A program made the translations under genes and the position numbers. The notes beneath the pieces were generated by a model that was not told the origin of the DNA, made no database searches, and saw nothing but the letters and a program-made list of their open reading frames with translations. From positions 1 through 46,095 of the forward strand of contig JBGQHJ010000020.1 in NCBI GenBank assembly GCA_041497895.1: a stretch of DNA of 46,095 nt, in the 5' to 3' direction. The number at the start of each line of letters is the position of its first letter. The stretch's first letter is position 1. Positions 18,081 to 26,500 of the stretch are shown here, piece after piece. The DNA is from Candidatus Methylomirabilia bacterium. Its GTDB lineage: Bacteria; Methylomirabilota; Methylomirabilia; Rokubacteriales; CSP1-6.

Positions 18081-19307
18081 GTGACCCAGAGCGCCGATCT
18101 CGCGATCGTGGGAGGCGGCATCGTCGGCCTCGCCACCGCGCTGGCCCTGACCGAGGCCCATCCGCGCCTCCGGCTGATCCTGCTGGAGAAGGAGGCGCAG
18201 ATCGCGGCCCACCAGACCGGTCACAACAGTGGCGTCATCCACTCCGGCATCTACTACAAGCCCGGCTCGCTGAAGGCGCGGACCTGCGTGGACGGGTCGC
18301 GCCGGATGAAGCAGTTCTGCGACGCGCACGGCGTCAAGTGGGAGGGCTGCGGCAAGGTCATCGTGGCGACCGACGCGGCCGAGCTGCCGCGGCTGCAGAA
18401 CATCTACGAGCGCGGGCAGGCCAACGGTCTCTCCGGGCTCAAGATGCTGTCGGCCGAGGAGGTCCGGGAGCTCGAGCCGAACTGCCGCGCGGTGCGGGCG
18501 ATCCACGTGCCCGAGACCGGCATCGTGGACTACGTCCAGGTGGCGGGCAAGATGGCGGAGCTGATCCAGCAGCGCGGCGCGCGCATCCAGACCGGGGCCG
18601 GGGTGCGCGCGATCCGCCGCCAGGGGACCGGGCTCGTGCTCGAGACCGCGCAGGGCGCGGTCGAGGCGCGCTACCTCGTCAACTGCGGGGGGCTGCACTC
18701 CGACCGGGTGGCCGGGCTGACCGGGGTGACACCCGAGGTGCGCATCATCCCGTTCCGCGGCGAGTACTACATGCTGCGGCCCGAGCGCCGCTCGATCGTG
18801 CGCGGCCTGATCTACCCGGTGCCGGATCCCGAGTTCCCGTTCCTCGGCGTGCACTTCACCCGCACCATCCACGGCGACGTGGAGGCGGGCCCGAACGCGG
18901 TGCTGGCCTTCGCGCGCGAGGGCTACTCCCTCGGCACGGTGCGGCCCGCCGAGCTCGCGGGCACGCTGGGCTATGCTGGCTTCTGGCGCATGGCGCGCAA
19001 GTACTGGCGCGTCGGCGCCTACGAGATGTACCGCTCGGCCAGCAAGGCGGCCTTCGTGCGCTCGCTGCAGAAGCTGGTGCCGGACATCCGGATCGGCGAC
19101 CTCGAGCGGGGCGGGGCTGGGGTGCGGGCGCAGGCGGTGGCCCCAGACGGGAGCCTGGTGGACGACTTCAAGATCAGCGTGACGCCCGGGGCGGTGCACG
19201 TCGTGAACGCCCCGTCTCCCGCCGCGACGGCCTCGCTCGCCATCGGCCGGCACGTGGCCGGCGTGGCCGCCGAGACGTTCGGCCTGGGCGGCCCGGGCGC
19301 CGCCTGA
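18081..19307 (+). CDS. lhgO: L-2-hydroxyglutarate oxidase
   Basis: IVGGGIVG, HQTGHNSGVIHSGIYYKPGSLKA, IIPFRGEY, PFLGVHFT, NAPSPAATASLAIG. Confidence 0.9.
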   Translation: MTQSADLAIVGGGIVGLATALALTEAHPRLRLILLEKEAQIAAHQTGHNSGVIHSGIYYKPGSLKARTCVDGSRRMKQFCDAHGVKWEGCGKVIVATDAAELPRLQNIYERGQANGLSGLKMLSAEEVRELEPNCRAVRAIHVPETGIVDYVQVAGKMAELIQQRGARIQTGAGVRAIRRQGTGLVLETAQGAVEARYLVNCGGLHSDRVAGLTGVTPEVRIIPFRGEYYMLRPERRSIVRGLIYPVPDPEFPFLGVHFTRTIHGDVEAGPNAVLAFAREGYSLGTVRPAELAGTLGYAGFWRMARKYWRVGAYEMYRSASKAAFVRSLQKLVPDIRIGDLERGGAGVRAQAVAPDGSLVDDFKISVTPGAVHVVNAPSPAATASLAIGRHVAGVAAETFGLGGPGAA

Positions 19308-19313
19308 GGCGGA

Positions 19314-19706
19314 CTACTTCTTCCCCTGCCGATCCTCCACCTCGCGCAGCCGATCCTCCGCGGCCAGCAGCATCGTGGCCAGCTCGCGGATCAGCGCGAG
19401 GGCGAGTGCCGGATTCGCGCGCACCAGGTGATCGAGCCGGTTCGCCGGGATGACCATCAGCGTGACCGCGTCCGCGGCGATCGCGGTGGCGGAGCGAGGA
19501 GCGTTCCGAAAGAGCGCGATGTGCCCGAGCAGCTCCCCCTTCGTGAGGGTCCGGAGGAGGCGCTCCTCGCCGCCGATCTGCTTGCGGATATCCACGCGGC
19601 CCTGGTGGAGCATGAAGGCCTCGCCCTTGGCGTCGTCTCCCTCCCGGAAGATGACGGTCCCCGGCTCGAACGTCCTCGTCGGCACTTCCCCGATCTGGCG
19701 GCTCAT
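19314..19706 (-). CDS. Stand-alone cyclic nucleotide-binding domain protein (130 aa)
   Basis: VIFREGD, GRVDI, GELLGHIALFRNAPRSATAIA; no HTH follows. Confidence 0.85.
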   Translation of the reverse strand: MSRQIGEVPTRTFEPGTVIFREGDDAKGEAFMLHQGRVDIRKQIGGEERLLRTLTKGELLGHIALFRNAPRSATAIAADAVTLMVIPANRLDHLVRANPALALALIRELATMLLAAEDRLREVEDRQGKK

Positions 19707-19746
19707 GAACTCCCGTCTTCGGTGTAGAATGGCCCGCAGTGGGCCT

Positions 19747-21354
19747 ATGATACTGCGTCTCGCGCTGTTCGTGGCGGCGGTCATCATGACCGCGAGCGCG
19801 CTGCCCGGACCGGTCTTCGCGCAGAAGGCCATCACCGTCCAGGAGGCCCTCCTCCGAGCCAAGCCGGCGGTCGTGCTGGTCGTGTCCGAGGTCTCCTCCG
19901 AGGTCACGCTGGACTGCGGCGCCGGGCCGGTCAAGGTCACCCCGCCGGTCTTCCGGGAGACCGGCACCGGCTGGTTCCTCGACGCCGACGGCTGGCTGAT
20001 GACCAACGGCCACGTGGTCCAGCCCGCGTACGAGCCGCCCCGGTGGCTGGCCAACCAGCAGGCCCAGCGGGCGGTCACCACCGCCTGCCTGCCCCAGGTG
20101 TTGAAGAAGATGGGCCTCCAGCCGGGGGACCGGCCGGACGCCGAGGACGCGGCCAAGCGCCGGCTGCTGGACACCGTGCTGCCCTCCGCCAAGGTCAACC
20201 TCAAGCCCGAGGTCTTCGTCGTCACCGCCAAGGGCCGGTTCAAGGCGGAGGTGAAGAAGTACAGCCCGCCGGTGAACGAGATGTCGGGGCGGGATCTCGC
20301 CCTGCTCAAGGTCCCGGGGGAGAACTACCCGGTGCTCTCGCTCGCCGACTCCAAGGGAGCCCAGATCGGCGACCCGGTCCATATCATCGGCTTCCCCGGC
20401 GTGGTGCTCTCGCACGAGCTCCTGAACCAGTCCTCCATGGTCGAGGCGTCGATCACCAACGGCGCGATCTCGGGCTTCAAGCAGGATCGGAACAACAACA
20501 CCGTGATCCAGACCGACGCCCCCGCGGCGTGGGGTAACTCCGGTGGGCCGGTGGTGGACGACCGCGGCAACGTGATCGGCCTGCTCACCTTCGTGTCGCT
20601 GGCGCCCGGCCCCGAGGGCAGCATCGTGCAGGGCTTCAACTTCGTCATCCCGGCCGCGGCGGTGACCGATTTCGTGAAGGGCACCCCGGTGAAGGTGAAC
20701 GGGGGCAGCAAGTTCAACGATGAGTGGTTCGCCGGCCTCGGCGCCCTGTTCGCCGACGACGGCAGGACCGCCCTGCGGCACTTCGAGGAAGCCGACCGGC
20801 TGCACCCGAACCTGCCCGATGCCCGGCGCATGCTGGCCGAGGCGCGGGACAAGGTGAAGAACCCGACGCCCAAGCCCTTCCCGTGGTTCTGGGTCGCCAT
20901 CGGCGTCACCGTGGTGAGCGCGGGGGGCTTCGGCGGGCAGTGGCTGCACCGCTGGAACAAGAACCGCTATCGCGTGCATCCCTCCGAGGTGGTGCGGATG
21001 ATGGAGGACGGCAAGGCGCCCATCCTGCTCGACGCGCGCCGGGCGGACTCCTACGAGCAGCTGCCGCTCACGATCCGGGGCTCGATCCGGGTCACGCCCG
21101 AGGACCTGGCCACCAGCCTGGCCGGGCTCGACCTCGACATGACGCGCCCGGTGGTCGCCTACTGTACCTGACCCGACGAGGACACCAGCGCCCGGGTGGC
21201 GCGCGATCTACGAAAGCAAGGCTTCAAGGACGTCAAGATCCTCAAGGGCGGCCTCGGCGCGTGGACCAACGCGGGCCTGCCCATCGACACCCGCTCCGAC
21301 CTCTCCCAGGTGGGTGTCGAGCTCTACAAGGCCCTGGCCGGCGGGAACGTCTAG
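19747..21354 (+). CDS. Trypsin-like serine protease - TM - rhodanese fusion, probable selenoprotein (Sec at TGA 21169-21171)
   Basis: Signal peptide; triad motifs TNGHVV, RDLALLK, GNSGGP; TM FPWFWVAIGVTVVSA. Rhodanese ILLDARR...VVAYCT*PDEDTSARVARDLRKQGFKDVKILKGGLGAWTNAGLP continues in frame past TGA to TAG 21352-21354. Confidence 0.85.
21172..21202 (+). promoter_or_regulatory. Candidate bacterial SECIS element
   Basis: GCGCC (21188-21192) / loop CGGGT / GGCGC (21198-21202). The loop begins 21 nt after the UGA and has G at its second position. Confidence 0.6.
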
Positions 21355-22976
21355 AAGCCCAGCGCCCCTCCGTCGGCACGGGGGTCCGACCCGCCGACGA
21401 GTCCCCCCTCCGGCGCGATCCAGATGCAGTGGGCGTGGCCGAATAGATCGTCCCACTCGTCCCCGATCGCGATCTCGTGCCCGCGGCTCTCGAGATCGCG
21501 CGCCAGATCGGCCGGATAGCGGCCCTCGAGGTTGAGCGCGCGGGAGGCCACCCCCCAGGTGCGCCCGTACAGCCAGCGCGGCGCCTCCACCGCGGCCTGC
21601 GGTCCGAGCCGACGGAAGAGCCGCCGGGTGAGGATCGCGGCCTGGGTCTGGGGCTGGCCTTCGCCGCCCATGGTGCCGTAGACGAAGCGCGGACGGCCGC
21701 CCTCGAGGTACATCGAGGGGATCAGCGTGTGCATGGTGCGCTTGCCGGGGGCGAGGGCGTTGACGTGCCCCGGGTCCAGCGAGAAGAACGAGCCGCGGTT
21801 CTGCAGCACCACGCCGGTGTCGCCCGCCATCAGGCCCGAGCCGAAGGTGAAGTAGAGCGACTGGATGAGCGAGACCGCGTTGCCGTCGCGATCCGCGGTG
21901 ACCAGCGCGATGGTGTCGCCGCCCGCGGGCGCGGTGGGCTGCGCGGGGCGCGCGTGCGCGCGGGAGATCAGCCGGGCGCGCGCCTGCAGGCGGTCGGGGG
22001 CGAGGAGCTCCGCGGGATCGATCCGCATGTGGGCCGGGTCGGTCAGGTGCCGGTCTCGATCGTCGAAGGCGAGCTTGGTCGCCTCCACGAGCACGTGGAT
22101 GTAGTCGGCCTCCGGTAGCGTGGCCATGTCGAGCCGCTCGGTGATGCCCAGCACCGCGAGGGCGGAGAGGCCCTGGGTCGGCGGCGGGAAGCTCGCGGCC
22201 TGCCCCTCGGCGTAGGAGATGCGCAGCGGCTCCATCCACTCCGAGCGATGCTCGGCCAGGTCCTCGAGGGCGAGCGGGCTGCCGGCCGCGGCGGCGGCCG
22301 CCACCAGGCGCCGGGCGACGTCGCCGCGATAGAACGCCTCCGCGCCGCCGTCGCGCACCGCCTCGAGGGTGCGGGCGAGGTCGCGCTGCACGAGCGGGCC
22401 GCGCCGGAGCGCGTCGGGATGATAGAGGGGCCAGAGCCCCCGTCGGATTACCTCGGGCGCGCGCTCGGTGAACAGATCCGGCTCGCGCGGGGGCGGCGTG
22501 CGCTGGCCGTCCGAGGCGGTGAAGCCCTCGCGTGCGTAGAGCACCGCGTCGGCCAGCAGGGCCGTCCACGGCAGCGGCGAGCCCATCGTCTCGTGGCTGT
22601 AGCGGTGCGCCTGCCACCAGCCGTCCACCACCGCGGGCACCGTGAGGGCCGCGGGCCCACCGCGGGCGGGCAGAGTCTGGGTGATGCCGCGCGCCGCGTA
22701 CCACTCGATCGTGGCGGCGCGCGCGGCGCGGCCGATCCCGCAGAGCGCGCGCAGGGTCTGGCTGCGCCCGTCGTGGATCAGCCACACGTTGTCGCCGCCC
22801 AGGCCGTTCATGTGCGGGTACACCACCGCGATGGTGGCCGCCGCCGCGATGGCCGCGTCGAGCGCGTTGCCGCCCGCGCGCAGCGCGGCCACACCGGACT
22901 GGGTCGCGAGCAGATGCGGCGTGGCCACCATGCCGCGGGGGGCGCGCGCCTCGGGGAATCGGGTCGTGGCCGTCAT
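21351..22976 (-). CDS. ggt: Gamma-glutamyltransferase family protein
   Basis: GGNALDAAIA, PHMNGLGGD, PPPTQG, GDT (nucleophile), LQNRG, PGKRTMHTLIP, GTMGGEGQPQ, SDPRADG. Confidence 0.92.
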   Translation of the reverse strand: MTATTRFPEARAPRGMVATPHLLATQSGVAALRAGGNALDAAIAAAATIAVVYPHMNGLGGDNVWLIHDGRSQTLRALCGIGRAARAATIEWYAARGITQTLPARGGPAALTVPAVVDGWWQAHRYSHETMGSPLPWTALLADAVLYAREGFTASDGQRTPPPREPDLFTERAPEVIRRGLWPLYHPDALRRGPLVQRDLARTLEAVRDGGAEAFYRGDVARRLVAAAAAAGSPLALEDLAEHRSEWMEPLRISYAEGQAASFPPPTQGLSALAVLGITERLDMATLPEADYIHVLVEATKLAFDDRDRHLTDPAHMRIDPAELLAPDRLQARARLISRAHARPAQPTAPAGGDTIALVTADRDGNAVSLIQSLYFTFGSGLMAGDTGVVLQNRGSFFSLDPGHVNALAPGKRTMHTLIPSMYLEGGRPRFVYGTMGGEGQPQTQAAILTRRLFRRLGPQAAVEAPRWLYGRTWGVASRALNLEGRYPADLARDLESRGHEIAIGDEWDDLFGHAHCIWIAPEGGLVGGSDPRADGGALGF

Positions 22977-23268
22977 GGGGCAGGGGAATCATACACGCGC
23001 GGCTCGAGCTTGAGCACCCGAGGACGATTCGGTAGGGCACGAGGGGGATGGCGTCCGGGTAGCCCAGCGCGTCCTCGGACCGGCACTCTCGGGATGGGGC
23101 GGGCGTTCGATCTTGCCCGTATCGCAGCCGGATGGGAAGCGGAGGCTCGGCGACCTCGATCTCGCAGTACGCCTGCGGGTGCTGATGTCTGAAGCACCGG
23201 TTGATCATCGCGGCGCTGTCTATATTGGACTCGGAGCGACCAGAGCGATGCCACCGCGCCTCGCCGGG

Positions 23269-23285
23269 TGGGCATATCGCTTGCT
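23269..23285 (+). promoter_or_regulatory. Candidate sigma54 promoter with no obvious downstream gene
   Basis: TGGGCATATCGCTTGCT: GG-N10-GC with TTGCT. Confidence 0.4.
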
Positions 23286-23480
23286 ACCCATAGCCGCGAA
23301 GCACAATTCGCTGGCCCCGGCGCGCCCGCATTTCCGGGGCCCCGACGAGCAGCCGCAACGCCGACGCCGCGCCCGCCCAGCACTCCCACCGTGGGCTCGG
23401 ACAGCCGGCCAGTCACGGCCGAAGACGAATCAGTCGTGTCAGCCGACGATGAGCCAGCCGACGCCGAAGCGCACCCGCTG

Positions 23481-23531
23481 AAAGACTGCGGGCGCCATTC
23501 CCGGACGATCCTCCGGGGATGGCGCCCGCAG
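23481..23531 (-). terminator. Intrinsic terminator-like hairpin after nrdJ
   Basis: 20-bp arms 23486-23505 and 23512-23531 (1 mismatch), 6-nt loop, followed by TCTTT on the minus strand, 30 nt after the nrdJ stop. Confidence 0.7.
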
Positions 23532-23560
23532 CGATGGCGCCCAGCGCGACCCGCGTCGGT

Positions 23561-26500
23561 CTACGAGCAGCCGGTCGTGGTGCCGCAGGTGATGCACTTG
23601 AGGCAGGTGCCGTTGCGCACCATGGTGAACTGGCCGCACTCGCCGCACGGATCGCCCTCGTAGCCCTTCAGCCTGGCCATCTCGGACGCCGAGAGGCTCT
23701 TCAGCACCGAGCCCGTCGGGGCCACCGGCATGGGCACCACCGCGCCACTGCCCCCGCTCAAGGGGACGATGGTCCGGACCGTGCTGATCTGCGGGGCCAC
23801 CGCCGGCGTGACCGGGGCCGTGGGCGCCGGCGGCGCGACCGCCACCGGACCCTCGCCGGGCTTGCTGCCGATCGCGTCCGCGCGCAGGTCCTCGTCGGGC
23901 ACGTGCGACAGATCGGTGCGCCCGAGATAGGTGATGGCCAGCTCGCGGAAGACGTAGTCGATGACCGAGGTCGACATCTTGATGCGATCGTTGCCCTTCA
24001 CCATGCCGTTGGGCTCGAAGCGGGTGAAGACGAAGGCGTCCACGAACTCGTCGAGCGGGACCCCGTGCTGCAGCCCGAGCGAGATGGCGATCGCGAAGCA
24101 GTTCATCAGGGAGCGGAAGGCCGCCCCTTCCTTGTGCATGTCGAGGAAGATCTCGCCCACCTGGCCGTCCTCGTACTCCCCGGTGCGGAGGTAGACCTTG
24201 TGGCCGCCCACCACCGCCTTCTGGGTGTAGCCCTTCCGCCGGTCGGGGAGCCGGTGCCGCTCTCGGAGGTACTGGGTCACCACCCGCTCGGTCATCTTCT
24301 CGGCCACCGCCTCGACGTCCGCGGCCACCGAGCGCTCCTCGTCCTCGTCGGTGGTGGAGTTGAGCGGTTGCGAGAGCTTGGAGCCGTCGCGGTAGAGCGC
24401 CACCGCCTTGATCATGCCGCGCCAGGCCAGGTCGTACGCCCACTTGACGTCCTCGATGGTGGCGTCCTGGGGCATGTTGATGGTCTTGCTGATCGCCCCC
24501 GAGATGAACGGCTGGGCCGCCGCCATCATCCGGATGTGGGCCTCGGTGGCGATGAAGCGCACCCCGCGCTTGCCGCAACGGTTGGCGCAGTCGAAGATCG
24601 CCAGGTGCTCCGGCTTGAGGTGCGGGGCGCCCTCCACCGTCATGGTGCCGCAGCAGTAGTCGTTGGCCGCCTCGATCTCGGCCGCGGTGAAGCCGAGGGC
24701 CCGGAGGAGGTTGCCGTTCCACTCCGCGAGCTGGGCCTCGTTCAGGCCCAGGTGGGAGGCGATGTAGCCCTCGCCGAGGGTCCAGGCGTTGAACGCGAAC
24801 GAGATATCGAAGGCGGTCTCGATCGCGGTCTCGATCCGCTGCAGCCCCTCGTCGTCGAAGCCCTTGGCCCGCAGGCTCTCGTGGTTGATGGCGGGCGCGC
24901 CGCGCAGCGTCTTGCGGCCCACGCAGTAGGCCACGATGTCGTCGATCTGGCCCGGCGCATAGCCCACCGTCTCGAGCGCCACCGGCAGGCTCTGGTTGAT
25001 GATCTTGAAGTACCCGCCGCCGGCCAGCTTCTTGAACTTCACCAGGGCGAAGTCCGGCTCGATGCCGGTGGTGTCGCAGTCCATCACCAGGCCGATCGTC
25101 CCGGTGGGAGCCAGCACCGTGACCTGGGCGTTGCGGTAGCCGAACTGCTCGCCGAGGGTCACCGCCCGGTCCCAGGTCTCCCGCGCGGCCTGCAGCAGCG
25201 GCGCGGGGCAGTGGGCGGGGTCGATGCCGTGAGGCGCGATGCTCAAGCCCTCGTACTCCGCGGCTGGCGTCCGGTGGGCCGCGCGCCGGTGATTGCGCAT
25301 GACCCGGAGCATGGCGGCCTGGTTGCGCTGGAAGCCCGGGAAGGGGCCCAGGTCCCGGGCCATCTCCGCCGACGTCGCGTAGGCCTCGCCGCACATCACC
25401 GCGGTGACCGCCCCGCAGATCGCGGTCGCCTCCGGCGAGTCGTAGGGGATGCCCTTGCGCATGAGCACGGTGCCCATGTTGGCGTAGCCGAGCCCCAGGG
25501 TGCGGTAGTCCCAGCTCCGCTGGGCGATGGCCGGGCTCGGGTAGGCCGCCATCAGCACGCTGATCTCGAGCACCGCCGTCCACAGCCGGCAGGCGTGCCG
25601 GAAGCCGTCGACGTCGAAGGAGCCGTCCTCGCGCAGGAACTTCACGAGGTTGATCGAGGCCAGGTTGCACGCGGTGTCGTCGAGGAACATGTACTCCGAG
25701 CAGTTGTGCACGACCACGCCGCCCGCAATGAAATGCCGGGTGGCCTCCTCGGTGAGGTCGAAGACCGGCGCGTCCCCGGCCGGCTCGACGGACGCGACCT
25801 CGTCGGTCAGATCCTCGGCGGCGGCCGGCTCCTCCCCGTTGATCCGGGCGAGCGCGGCGGCTTTCGGACTCTCCGCGTGGAAGCCGATCTTCTGCTCGAA
25901 CAGCACGCGGGAGGTCCGGCTGATCCGGAGCGAGTGCGTCGGATGGGCTCGCGACGGCTGAGCCTCGGCCAGCTGGGCGTCCTCATAGAGCCGCGCCTTG
26001 ATGCCGAAGGCCAGGAGCAGCAGCTGGGTCTGGCGGAGCAGCTCGAGCGAGGTCGAGTCGAGCGAGATGTAGCGCGACTGCTCGCCGTAGTTCGCCACGC
26101 TGGCGTCCGCGGTGAACAGACCGCGGAGCACCGCGGCCAGGGCCGGCCGGTCCAGGTCGAAGACCGCCGGGGTGAACCGGATGTTGGCCGCGCCCTCGTC
26201 GAGGACCGCGAACTCCCGGAAGAGATCGATGGTGGTGGCCTCGCTCAGGACGAGCCGGGCGGTCGCCGCGGTCCGGGTGATGACGCCCGCGCTGTTCGAT
26301 CGCCCCGCGCCCACCGCCTGCAGCGCGGCGCGCCCCGCGTTGACCGCGCTCGCGACGGCCGCCAGCACCGGCGACTCGCCCGCGTCGGTGGTGAGCACCA
26401 GCGACTCCTGGGCCCGCCCGCCGGTCACCGAGTGCGAGAGGTAGCCCTCCGCCGCCGCGACCCCGACGCCCAGCGCCTGCCCGGGGGCGAGGCTCCGGCG

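Noticed and set aside
21169..21171. TGA as a true stop or a pseudogenising nonsense mutation
   Set aside because: Less likely than Sec: it falls on a Cys-equivalent position, has a SECIS-like hairpin and an intact downstream half-domain. Not excluded without reads.
22977..23268. Short ORFs or gene remnant upstream of ggt (MINRCFRHQHPQAYC...)
   Set aside because: No SD and no recognisable motif; the frame runs out of phase through ggt. Cannot be supported as a CDS or pseudogene.
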